Positions 50,580 through 62,978 of a DNA stretch of 64,000 nucleotides are shown here, piece by piece. The position numbers and the translations under genes are program-made. The stretch is from Macrostomum hystrix. Its lineage: Eukaryota; Animalia; Platyhelminthes. Location: positions 7,130,001-7,194,000 of the forward strand of contig CATNEN010000039.1 of assembly GCA_950097015.1 (NCBI GenBank), read 5' to 3'. The notes under the pieces were generated by a model. That model saw only the letters and a program-made list of their open reading frames with translations. It was not told the DNA's origin and made no database searches. The first letter of the stretch is position 1. Every line of letters starts with the position of its first letter.

Positions 50580-52410
50580 CATTTAGGCTCCATTCAGCCT
50601 CTCCTTCAGTCTCTCCCTCAGGCTTCATTCAGCTTCTCCCTCAGGCTCGATTCAGCCCCTCCTTCAGACTGCATTCAGCCTCTCCTTCATGCTCCATTCA
50701 GCCCCTCCTTCATGCTCCATTCAGCCCCTCCTTCAGACTCCATTCAGCCTCTCCTTCAGGCTCCATTCAGCCCCTCCTTCAGGCTCCACTCAGCTTCTCC
50801 TTCAGGCTCCATTCAGCCCCTCCTTCAGGCTCCATTCAGCCCCTCCTTCAGGCTCCATTCAGCCTCTCCTTCAGGCTCTATTCAGCCCCTCCTTCAGGCT
50901 CCATTCAGCCTCTCCTTCAGGCTCTATTCAGCCCCTCCTTCAGGCTCCATTCAGCCTCTCCTTCAGGCTCCATTCAGGCCCTACTTCAGTCTCCATTCAG
51001 GCCCTACTTCAGGCTCCATTCAGGCCCTACTTCAGGCTCCATTCAGCCCCTCCTTCAGACTCCATTCAGCCTCTCCTTCAGGCTCCATTCAGCCCCTCCT
51101 TCAGGCTCCACTCAGCTTCTCCTTCAGGCTCCATTCAGCCCCTCCTTCAGGCTCCATTCAGCCCCTCCTTCAGGCTCCATTCAGCCTCTCCTTCAGGCTC
51201 TATTCAGCCCCTCCTTCAGGCTCCATTCAGCCTCTCCTTCAGGCTCTATTCAGCCCCTCCTTCAGGCTCCATTCAGCCTCTCCTTCAGGCTCCATTCAGG
51301 CCCTACTTCAGGCTCCATTCAGGCCCTACTTCAGGCTCCATTCAGGCCCTACTTCAGGCTCCATTCAGCCCCTCTTTCAGGCTCCACTCAGCTTCTCCTT
51401 CAGGCTCCATTCAGCCTCTCCTTCAGGCTCCATTCAGCCCCTCCTTCAGGCTCCATTCAGCCTCTCCTTCAGGCTCCATTCAGGCCCTACTTCAGGCTTC
51501 ATTCAGGCCCTACTTCAGGCTCCATTCAGGCCCTACTTCAGGCTCCATTCAGCCCCTCTTTCAGGCTCCATTCAGCCTCTCCTTCAGGCTCCATTCAGCC
51601 CCTCCTTCAGACTCCATTCAGCCTCTCCTTCAGGCTCCATTCAGCCCCTCCTTCAGGCTCCACTCAGCTTCTCCTTCAGGCTCCATTCAGCCTCTCCTTC
51701 AGGCTCCATTCAGCCCCTCCTTCAGGCTCCATTCAGCCTCTCCTTCAGGCTCTATTCAGCCCCTCCTTCAGGCTCCATTCAGCCTCTCCTTCAGGCTCCA
51801 TTCAGCCCCTCCTTCAGGCTCCACTCAGCTTCTCCTTCAGGCTCCATTCAGCCTCTCCTTCAGGCTCCATTCAGCCCCTCCTTCAGACTCCATTCAGCCT
51901 CTCCTTCAGGCTCCATTCAGCCCCTCCTTCAGACTCCATTCAGCCTCTCCTTCAGGCTCCATTCAGCCCCTCCTTCAGGCTCCATTCAGCCTCTCCTTCA
52001 GGCTCTATTCAGCCTCTCCTTCAGGCTCCATTCAGCCCCTCCTTCAGGCTCCACTCAGCTTCTCCTTCAGGCTCCATTCAGCCTCTCCTTCAGGCTCCAT
52101 TCAGCCCCTCCTTCAGACTCCATTCAGCCTCTTCTTCAGGCTCCATTCAGCCCCTCCTTCAGGCTCCACTCAGCTTCTCCTTCAGGCTCCATTCAGCCTC
52201 TCCTTCAGGCTCCATTCAGCCCCTCCTTCAGGCTCCATTCAGCCTCTCCTTCAGGCTCTATTCAGCCCCTCCTTCAGGCTCCATTCAGCCTCTCCTTCAG
52301 GCTCCATTCAGCCCCTCCTTCAGGCTCCACTCAGCTTCTCCTTCAGGCTCCATTCAGCCTCTCCTTCAGGCTCCATTCAGCCCCTCCTTCAGGCACTATT
52401 CAGCCTCTCT
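50580..52410. repeat. 23-bp minisatellite (caggctccattcagcccctcctt), ~1.8 kb
   Basis: The period is 23, downstream of the paralog A stop. Confidence 0.97.
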
Positions 52411-52945
52411 GTGGGGTGCACTGAGATTCAATCCCCTGATCTCTCACACACAATGATCCGCTCCTGTTGCCAATAGCAGTCCATAGTTTTAACTTCTGTA
52501 CGCTTTCATTGACTCATGTTCCCTTGTAATTTTTTTTATTCCCTGATTTGTTCCCCTTGTTCCCCTTTTTATGTGTGAATATTTAAGATTGTTCCTTGTC
52601 GCCACATCCTACAGTACTGTCACTCTAAGTGCTTGTCTGACTAACTATTAATGGCAGTTCATTTGTTTGTTGTCAACAAATCGTATTAAATATATTTCAG
52701 TTTTTCTAAGCTTACATTTTCGAATTCTCTTTTTTTAATTATTAAAATGCACCTGCCTGTCCTGTGCCCTCCGTTCTCTGTTCAGTGGCGCCGGAACTTT
52801 CTGTTAACTTAATGCGCAAGCCTTTCGCGGCCTAATATGTTTATATGAAGCCTCTCTCTTTACTAAAGTACCATTTGCAGTTATTGTTTTAGCAGTTATC
52901 TTGTTTAAAATATTTATAGTTAAAAAAATGGTTCAAGAATACCTT

Positions 52946-53390
52946 GGACACCCTTATCGCATCTGACAGACACCCTTTCGCATCTGACAGACACCCTTAT
53001 CGCATCTGACAGACACCCTTATCGCATCTGACAGACACCCTTATCGCATCTGACAGACACCCTTATCGCATCTGACAGACACCCTTATCCATTCTGACAG
53101 ACATCCTTATCCCATCGGGCAGACACCCTTCTCCCATCTGACAGACACCCTAATCCCATCGGACAGACACCCTAATCCCATCGGACAGACACCCTAATCC
53201 CATCGGACAGACACCCTAATCCCATCGGACAGATACCCTTATCTCATCTGACAGACACCCTTATCCCATCTGACAGACAACCTTATCCCATCTGACAGAC
53301 AACCTTATCCCATCTGACAGACAACCTTATCCCATCTGACAGACAACCTTATCCCATCTGACAGACAACCTTATCCCATCTGACAGACCC
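52946..53390. repeat. 22-bp minisatellite (gacacccttatcgcatctgaca)
   Basis: The period is 22 with clustered variants. Confidence 0.95.
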
Positions 53391-53909
53391 TGTTCGAGCA
53401 GACAGAGACCCTTGTTCTCACTCTAAGCATTGTCCCAGTAAATGTTTTCAATGAAGAAGCAGGTTAAAGCCTTGTTTCATATAAACGCTTCTATTTTTCA
53501 ATCGAACTGGCTTAGCAATACAAAGCTCCGGTTTTGTTGTTATGTTTTTAATTTAGTCAATTGAAACCAGTGAATGCATTAAGCTGGCAAAACAAAATAA
53601 AAACTTAAGTTCATATTAATCTGCAAAATTTTAGTTTACAGTATCATATTATCCTATTTTTTCGTGCAACGAAGACCCGTGATTGACAGTTAAGTTTCTT
53701 TGGTGTTTCATGCCTGTCACTTTTAATACATGCAACTGCAATGCCCATTTATTCACAATAGCAATTGCCTTGTCCGAATTCGTACTGTTAAAGCGTTGGT
53801 TTTTTAATAGCTGAAGTAATTCATTGTTTACATAGACCCTTCATAATCGTAGATTATCCTGCTTCAAACCCTTTTTCCTTTATCCCATTTCCACTTGTAC
53901 AAACCTTAT

Positions 53910-55395
53910 CTTACCACTCCCTTCCCAATGTCTTCCTATCCCATTCCCTTACCAATGTCATCCCATCCCACTCCCTTCCCAAAGTCTTCCTATCCCATTC
54001 CCTTCCCAATGTCTTCCTATCTCATTCCCTTCCCAATGTCTTCCTATCCTATTCCCTTACCAAAGTCTTCCTATCCCATTCCCTTCCCAATGTCTTCCTA
54101 TCCCATTCCCTTACCAATGTCTTCCTATCCCATTCCCTTCCCAATGTCTTCCTATCCTATTCCCTTACCAATGTCATCCCATCCCACTCCCTTCCCAATG
54201 TCTTCCTATCCCATTCCCTTCCCAATGTCTTCCTATCCCATTCCCTTACCAATGTCTTCCTATCCCATTCCCTTACCAATGTCTTCCTATCCCATTCCCT
54301 TACCAAAGTCTTCCTATCCCATTCCCTTACCAAAGTCTTCCTATCCCATTCCCTTCCCAAAGTCTTCCTATCCCATTCCCTTACCAAAGTCTTCCTATCC
54401 CATTCCCTTCCCAATGTCTTCCTATCCCATTCCCTTCCCAATGTCTTCCTATCCCATTCCCTTACCAATGTCTTCCTATCCCATTCCCTTACCAATGTCT
54501 TCCTATCCCATTCCCTTCCCAAAGTCTTCCTATCCCATTCCCTTCCCAATGTCTTCCTATCCCATTCCCTTACCAAAGTCTTCCTATCCCATTCCCTTAC
54601 CAAAGTCTTCCTATCCCATTCCCTTACCAAAGTCTTCCTATCCCATTCCCTTACCAAAGTCTTCCTATCCCATTCCCTTACCAATGTCTTCCTATCCCAT
54701 TCCCTTACCAATGTCTTCCTATCCCATTCCCTTCCCAATGTCTTCCTATCTCATTCCCTTCCCAATGTCTTCCTATCCTATTCCCTTACCAAAGTCTTCC
54801 TATCCCATTCCCTTCCCAATGTCTTCCTATCCCATTCCCTTACCAATGTCTTCCTATCCCATTCCCTTCCCAATGTCTTCCTATCCTATTCCCTTACCAA
54901 TGTCATCCCATCCCACTCCCTTCCCAATGTCTTCCTATCCCATTCCCTTCCCAATGTCTTCCTATCCCATTCCCTTCCCAATGTCTTCCTATCCCATTCC
55001 CTTCCCAATGTCTTCCTATCCCATTCCCTTACCAAAGTCTTCCTATCCCATTCCCTTCCCAATGTCTTCCTATCCCATTCCCTTCCCAATGTCTTCCTAT
55101 CCCATTCCCTTCCCAATGTCTTCCTATCCCATTCCCTTCCCAATGTCTTCCTATCCCATTCCCTTCCCAATGTCTTCCTATCCCATTCCCTTCCCAATGT
55201 CTTCCTATCCCATTCCCTTCCCAATGTCTTCCTATCCCATTCCCTTCCCAATGTCTTCCTATCCCATTCCCTTACCAAAGTCTTCCTATCCCATTCCCTT
55301 CCCAAAGTCTTCCTATCCCATTCCCTTCCCAATGTCTGCATATCTCATTCCTTTCCCATTCCTTTCCCATCATCATTAATGTCTTCTTATCCCAT
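53910..55395. repeat. 27-bp minisatellite (cccattcccttcccaatgtcttcctat), G-tract-rich on the minus strand
   Basis: The period is 27, and the array ends ~230 bp upstream of the paralog B ATG. Confidence 0.97.
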
Positions 55396-55623
55396 TTCGT
55401 TCCTTCCTTTCTGCTTTCTTTCGCAATGTCGTTTAAATTTTGCTAATTCAGTTTCGCGAACAGTCGCTACTTTGAGGATAAACCGATACTTATCTAAATT
55501 TTACTTGAATTCCTAAAAACACAGTTTCAGTCGATCAAACAGCCATCCGGCCCGCTGCTGCTTGCCTCTGCCGCGTCAGTCACTCATATATTCTCACTCT
55601 GAGCAGAGCCTGAACACTGCCCA

Positions 55624-58153
55624 ATGTCCTGCCAGGCCCTGCCGACCCTCCTGCCAGCCTCGTTGGCTCCCGGTCCGGGTAATTTATTGCCGCCCCTGAC
55701 ACTGTTCGAGTGCACCCTCAGCAACCTGACCATGCTGATCGATCGCATGCCTCTGAAAGATTATGTCACCTGTATGCGCCTAATTGGCCAGGTCTATATG
55801 CACGCCGTGGAAACCATGCGACCTTCATTTGACACCGTCTGCCAGTTCTACGAGATTCACAACGGGCCCTGTCCGACTGCCGCCTCCAGTGCCGCTGCTG
55901 CTGCCGCTGCTGCCGCCGCAGCCGCCGCTGCAGCTGTTAATTCATCTGCGGCAACCTCTTCAACTGCAGAAGGTACACTTCCGCTGCCTTCGCACCATCT
56001 TCAGCTGCATCGCCATCCGCAGCAGCAGCAGCAGCAGCAGCAGCTGTCTCCGTCCGTCATTGCCACGGCTACAAGCCTAAGCCAGCCAATCATGACTGTC
56101 ACAATGTCCTCCAGCAATTCAACTCCGCCGTCTACGCCTTCTCTGGCCTCGTCGCCCAGATCGCGGCCTTCCATCATTCCCATTGCTAAGCGACGCTGCA
56201 GGAAGCGACCGCATCGTCAGCAGCAGCAGCAGCAGCAAGATAATCAGGATGAGCTAGTCTACGAACAACACGCTGATGTAAAGGAGTCTCCAGATGCCGC
56301 ACTGTCAACATCCATCGGCCTGGACATCACTGGCGGCCTCGGCTGCCTGGCCATCGCCGCTGACCAGCTGCTGCACATTCAGCATCCCAAGCAGCGACAA
56401 CAGCGGCAGCTTCAGCAGCGCCAGATTCAGCTGACTGTGATGCCTCAAAGGCAGCAGCAGCCGACACCCCCGCCGCCGCCTCAGGCTCCGGTCTATGACA
56501 TTGTTCTCTGCGAAAACAACGACGACGACGTTGCTGAAGCCGACGATGCAAGCGACGGTGGCAATGGCGTCGCTGGCGCCAGATGCTTCGGCTCCATACT
56601 GAGTATGCCGACAACTGGTTCGACCATCTCTTCAACTGCCGGCTCTGCCGGAGGCGGTGGCAGCAGCGGCGGCGGTGGCAGCGGCTCAGCTAAGGCTGGC
56701 TTGCCGATGGATCCCGCCGAGTCCCGGGTTGGTTGATTGATCGTGCTTTCCAGCCTTCTTCCCTCACCCTTCAGGGCCGGTCTCTTCCCTCACCCTTCAG
56801 GGCCGGTCTCTTCCCTCACCCTTCAGGGCCGGCCTCTTCCCTCACCTTTCAGGGCCGGCCTCTTCCCTCACACTTCAGGGCCGGCCTCTTCCCTCACCCT
56901 TCAGGGCCGGCCTCTTCCCTCACCCTTCAGGGCCGGTCTCTTCCCTCACCCTTCAGGGCCGGCCTCTTCCCTCACCCTTCAGGGCCTCGTCCCTCAACCT
57001 TCAGGGCCTTTTCCCTCACCCTTCAGGACCTCGCCCCTCACCCTTCAGGGCCTCTTCCCTCACCCTTCAGGACCTCGCCCCTCACCATTCAGGGTCTCTT
57101 GTATTGTATGTACTGCATCAATGCGTCGCCTAGAATGGGCTGTTTTGCATTACTTTATATTCCATTAAAATAACGAAGCGCTGTCAACCAAAAAGTGCCG
57201 CAGTTAGCATGCTTCGAAGAAACCCTACTGCATAACCCGCAGGCCCTACTGCGCGAGTGCTACAAGGAGTTAAAAGGTGCTGGTCCGCATCTGTTCAAGC
57301 TGAACCTGCCATTCACGCACGCCCTGAATGTTGAAATTAGTCGCAAAGTGATTCGCGGCGCCATCGAGCGTATCGGCTGCTGCGATGACGATGGAAAAGG
57401 TGCGTCGTTTTGTTACAGTCAGTTACGTACCTTGACTAGCTTGCAGTGCCTGCTTTTATCTGCTTTTTTCAGAGGCCAGCTTAACAGACACTCTAATGAC
57501 TGCTATGAAGGATATTTTTCGCCGACTGAAGGACATTGGCAGCAACGAGCGAGCTCGCCGATTTACTTCTCGCATGAAGGTGCGTGCCTTAAAAGGGCCG
57601 TTTTAGGAATTTTTTACTGTCCTAAAAGGGGCTGTTTTATTACCTATAAGCGCAGTTTTACCTATTTGTTTTTGTGAAGCATATTCATATGTGAAATGAT
57701 TTATAATAAAAGAGGATATTTATCCCGTAAAAAATCCCACAGAAGCTGCGCCGCCGTCAGAAGGCCGCCAGCTATTTGTCGAGAACCCTGGATGCGCAGG
57801 ATGCGGCCAAACTCGAAGAGCTGCTCCAACGCGAATTCGTCAGCTCCGAAGACGAAGACGACGATAGGAAGCAGGTTCGAGTTCGCAGCCTGGCCTGGGA
57901 GAGCGGCGAGGCTCGGCAGCTCAAGCAGCTACTGGACGACTTCTATTTTCAGCGCATAGCCACCCCTGCCCAGCGGGAGAAATACCAGACCATGACAGTG
58001 CAGCGAGATGCCGACTATGTCAGCAGCAGGCCGCCTCCGGCTGGCGCCGGCGACTGGGCCAGGCGTGCAGCCGCGGCCGCTTCCGCCGTGTCCGCCGCGG
58101 CTGCCGCTGCTAATGCTGCCGCTGCAGCCGACGCTGGAGGGCTTGGCGAGTGA
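55624..58153 (+). CDS. Uncharacterised protein, paralog B (C14orf93-like C-terminal domain; polyA/polyQ tracts), exons 55624-56727, 57243-57399, 57473-57579, 57743-58153
   Basis: GT-AG junctions with phases 0,1,0 join in frame. It carries the same conserved blocks as paralog A (PLTLFECT..; FVSSEDED..VRVRSLAWESGE..LLDD..SSRPPPAGAGDWA). Confidence 0.8.
56755..57095. repeat. 26-bp minisatellite (cttccctcacccttcagggccggcct)
   Basis: It starts ~28 bp after the donor at 56728. Confidence 0.95.
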
Positions 58154-58163
58154 TTCTGCAGCA

Positions 58164-58562
58164 CTGATGGGTCAGGATATTATAGCTGATGGGTCAGGAT
58201 ATTCAGCTGATGGGTCAGGATATTCAGCTGATGGGTCAGGATATTATTGCTGATGGGTCAGGATATTATAGCTGATGGGTCAGGAAATTTAACTGATGGG
58301 TCAGGATATTATTGCTGATGGGTCAGGATATTATTGCTGATGGGTCAGGATATTATTGCTGATGGGTCAGGATTGATGGGTCAGGATATTTAAATGATGG
58401 GTCAGGATATTCAGCTGATGGGTCAGGATTGATGGGTCAGGATATTTAAATGATGGGTCAGGATATTCAGCTGATGGGTCAGGATTGATGGGTCAGGATA
58501 TTTAAATGATGGGTCAGGATATTCAGCTGATGGGTCAGGAAATTTAACTAATGGGTCAATGA
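58164..58562. repeat. ~21-23-bp minisatellite (ctgatgggtcaggatatt..)
   Basis: It starts ~10 bp after the paralog B stop. Confidence 0.93.
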
Positions 58563-59619
58563 TATAAAATCAGAATTCTCCGCATCTGAAGTTGCATCCA
58601 AAGCATGTGTTTCGCATCATCGATGTTTTCTAAAGGCGGCACCCGATTGAATTTATGTTTGGAAGATCTCACTTTCGAGCTTAATCTGGTATTCTAGAAT
58701 AGTTTTTTATTATTAGTTTCATATTAATCTACATATTTATATTTACAGTGTTGTCAAATCCAAGTCGCTTATCTTCTAAGCTCTTTCCTTGACTAACTTT
58801 AATCACTTCGTCTAGAACGTTATCTACGTTTAATATTTGCATTTCATACTACTTATTTAGTCTAGTTAAGTAGCGTGATTAGTAAATGGTGTGAACAATG
58901 CTGAAAAAGGTTGCACAGCAAATTGCGGAGAGGATTTCTATTGAACCACTCCGATTCTCATTCGCTTTTTCGATGTGTTTTTGTGGCACAAATATTTGGT
59001 TGTTTTCAATTATCATTGTATCCGATCTATTTTGCGATGATGCAATCATTTAGATAATGTTTTTACCATCTTTTATATAAATTACTTTTATTACTTCTTA
59101 TTATAATCATTCTATCATTGCGCTTTTGTCCCAATTCCCAATTATAAAACGCCATTCCATTGTAGCGTTTCTTTTACTATATTTTTCTTCAAAGAAATAT
59201 TAAATTAAATATTTGTCTGTTGCCTCTGTCAATAGTGCGCATGTTCTATGGTAGCCTTTGTACATTCCCAAAGCGGTGAATTATAGGCTAGGCATTGCTA
59301 GAAGCAAATATATCTGTGTTGCATTTGCCGCTCCTATATTTAAGAACAAAAATGAAGTGTTTTGTGTCAAGAATTAATAAAACACGTTCTAGTCGATTTG
59401 CTTTTGTTAGTGCTGCTAATTTACCTTACGTTGTTGACATGTAATAATTTTAACTGACTGATGCATCTGAACTATGCTTTAACAACGGTGGTCCGCAGGT
59501 AATGCTTTTGTCGAGAAACAATTTCTCTACTGATATAAATCTATTGGTTTATAGGCATTTAACTCTTGTTCTAATTCTTATTGTATTTTTTTCAAATCCT
59601 CTTCAGGTCTTTGTTCAGA

Positions 59620-60080
59620 ATCTTATTGCATCAGGTCTTTGTTCAGAATCTCATTCCTCCAGGTCTTTGTTCAGAATCTCATTCCATCAGGTCTTTGTTC
59701 ATAACCTCATTCCTCCAGGTATTTGTTTAGAATCTCATTCCATCAGGTCTTTGTTCATAACCTCATTCCTCCAGGTATTTGTTCAGAATCTCATTCCATC
59801 AGGTCTTTGTTCATAACCTCATTCCTCCAGGTATTTGTTTAGAATCTCATTCCATCAGGTCTTTGTTCATAACCTCATTCCTCCAGGTATTTGTTCAGAA
59901 TCTCATTCCATCAGGTCTTCGTTCATAACCTCATTCCTCCAGGTATTTGTTTAGAATCTCATTCCATCAGGTCTTTGTTCATAACCTCATTCCTCCAGGT
60001 ATTTGTTCAGAATCTCATTCCATCAGGTCTTCGTTCATAACCTCATTCCTCCAGGTATTTGTTCAGAATCTCATTCCTTT
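59620..60080. repeat. 28-bp minisatellite with an alternating 56-bp dimer
   Basis: gttcataacctcattcctccaggtattt alternates with gttcagaatctcattccatcaggtcttt. Confidence 0.93.
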
Positions 60081-61775
60081 CGAATCTTTATTTAAACATC
60101 ATTTTTAGGTATTTTTTGTTTATAATATATATTCTTCTCGTACTACAGATTTTTAACTACATTTAAAGAATAAAATTAAATAAATTCTCGATAAAAAATA
60201 ATTTTCCGCTGACCTTCGTTTTTTGTTGGAATGCATATGTACTTTAGCAAATTGCTGATGTCATCTAAATATCTCAACCAATCAAGTGAGCTTTACTGAT
60301 GCTTTAGATTTTTCGACTAAAAATTTTTACTTTTAATTAACCATTTCCATTTTTTCGTAGTCTCTCGGTTATTTTTTACCGATTGCAATTGCTTTTTGTT
60401 TGAAATACGACCAGACCAATGAGTGGTTGATTAATTCGACCATGCGTCATCTTGAAAGCGTCATAGTTACTCCGGCCGTTTACCATACAAAGAGCACATT
60501 ATCGATATTAATACTTTTTTGTTTCGACCATTGCGTTCCAGTTATTGTGCAGTTAAAAGTTTTGTTCAACATTGTCGTGCGTAACAGAACAGCTTCCCTG
60601 GCTCTTTTGCACTTTTTTCTAGCTGTTTTTTTTTTCATTTTCGATGAGTTTAATTTGGTATGAAATTTCTTCTAATGAGTGTCGCCTAAAGTACTTTATA
60701 AAAATATTATGAACCTTGGTTTTTTAACTGTGTGTTATTTAACTTCACAGATAATACGGTAGAAATTAGTGCATTAGCTGCAGGCAAAACGGTACTGTGC
60801 ACCATATGCACTTTTATTGTTTCCACAGTATGGACATCCGTGTACTTTGTGTGTACATCAGTGTACTTTAGGAATTGTCTAATCTCTTGGCTTGCATCCA
60901 AGTGTGCTTGAATAACCTTGCACTAGCTGTACATCTTTGTACTTTTATACCCTGGGACTAGAGAGAATTGAGCAGAGGTTCCAGTGTTTTTGTTCTTTCT
61001 TGAATTCACTTCTGTCTTTTATCATTAGGCACCGAACACATGCTGCTGCAATTCGCATATTAAGCCATTTTTATTCCAAATTACGCATATCAAATTTCTG
61101 CCACAGGTCTACAGCAGTTTTTTGTTGTTTATTTTGCTTTACTAATTATTTTTTTCGATATACATGATATCCTGTACAATAATTGTCTTCTTATCAGCTC
61201 GAAGTCTTCTTTGCGTTCCTTCTATCAGCGTCCGTAATGTAACATTTATTATTACGAATGCACTTATTGAATAATAATTTTAAGCTTTATTAGGGGCTGG
61301 CCGCCCATCGAGTATTGCGTGTTGTCTGTTTGTGTTCTCTTTTCATTCTTTATTTTTCGGTTTTTCTGTATGAAAAAACATGTCAGATACGTGAAAAGTA
61401 CTATAAGTAGTGTTTTACAAAATTCTTAAATTGCTACTATATACTCTGCTGCATACATGTCCTTCTCTTCTGTGTTCCTGTTTCAGTATATATTTTATCA
61501 TATATATATTCTGTGTAAGCGAATTATTTGCTTAAATAAAAACATAAATATACACACACTAAACTTCTATCAAAAGTGCAAAAAGCTAATCAAATAAAGT
61601 GCCGTTTGCCTTCCTGGTTAAAGTATATTTTTTTCAGACTAATCTGGTTGAATGGTTATTTTAAAAAACTTTAAGCAAAAGTGTTTTCGTTTCAAAGAAA
61701 CATTTTTGGTAGAAAATGTAGACTTTGCGAGAAACATATTTATTTCGTCTGTTTTCTAGAACCTGCTAGGAAACA

Positions 61776-62550
61776 GCTGGTCTGGTTTCTAAGAAACTGA
61801 TTGGATTGAACTGGTCTGGTTTCTAAGAAACTGATTGGATAGAACTGGTCTGGTTTCTAAGAAACTGATTGGATAGAACTGGTCTGGTTACTAAGAAACT
61901 GATTGGATAGAACTGGTCTGGTTTCTAAGAAACTGATTGGATAGAACTGGTCTGGCTTCTAAGAAACTGATTAGATAGAACTGGTCTGGTTTCTAAGAAA
62001 CTGACTGGATAGAACTGGTCTGGCTTCTAAGAAACTGATTTGATAGAACTGGTCTGGTTTCTAAGAAACTGATTAGATAGAACTGGTCTGGTTTCTAAGA
62101 AACTGATTAGATAGAACTGGTCTGGTTTCTAAGAAACTGATTAGATAGAACTGGTCTGGTTTCTAAGAAACTGATTGGATAGAACTGGTCTGGCTTCTAA
62201 GAAACTGATTAGATAGAACTGGTCTGGCTTCTAAGAAACTGATTAGATAGAACTGGTCTGGTTTCTAAGAAACTGATTAGATAGAACTGGTCTGGTTTCT
62301 AAGAAACTGATTAGATAGAACTGGTCTGGCTTCTAAGAAACTGATTAGACAGAACTGGTCTGGTTTCTAAGAAACTGATTGGATAGAACTGGTCTGGTTT
62401 CTAAGAAACTGATTAGATAGAACTGGTCTGGTTTCTAAGAAACTGATCGGATAGAACTGGTCAGGTTTCTAAGAAACTGATAGAATAGAACTGGTCTGGT
62501 TTCTAAGAAACTGGTTGGATGAATTAGTCTGGTTTCTAAGAAACAGATTT
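61776..62550. repeat. 34-bp minisatellite (ctggtctggtttctaagaaactgattggatagaa), ~22 copies
   Basis: The period is 34, with an internal palindrome GTTTCT-A-AGAAAC. Confidence 0.96.
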
Positions 62551-62978
62551 CTAATCTGGTATGATTTCTAATGCCAGATCATGTTTAAAAAGTTACAGAG
62601 CTACTGCAATTTGCTAGTAAGATTACTGAGCAGCTCACAAGTTTACCTGAGCTCTGTTTTACTGTCGGCTACGCACAAGTCCGGTTTTCTGAAGACAGCG
62701 AGAACTCGTATTGATTTTTGTGCGAAACTTGAGAATGTCCTCTCTGCTCCAATAAAACTGGATTACTGCCTATACCGATTGGTGTAAGAAAAGTTGAGCA
62801 TAGTTATAAAAATACAGCACTCTCACACACACTGCCGCATGTACTCGTGGATAGGTGCAACAGCTGGCTGCCGGGTGTTGGAATATGCAGTTCCGCTGCC
62901 CTAGATCTCCTTTGAAACCCGCATAGAAATAGGCATTTGCTTGTGAGGGGAGCCCATATTGATGCTTCCAATCGCCCC

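Noticed and set aside
50478-55379. 494-648-aa ORFs in the 23- and 27-bp arrays (also ORFs at 34035-35108 and 41719-42970)
   Set aside because: They are pure minisatellite translations with no domain content.
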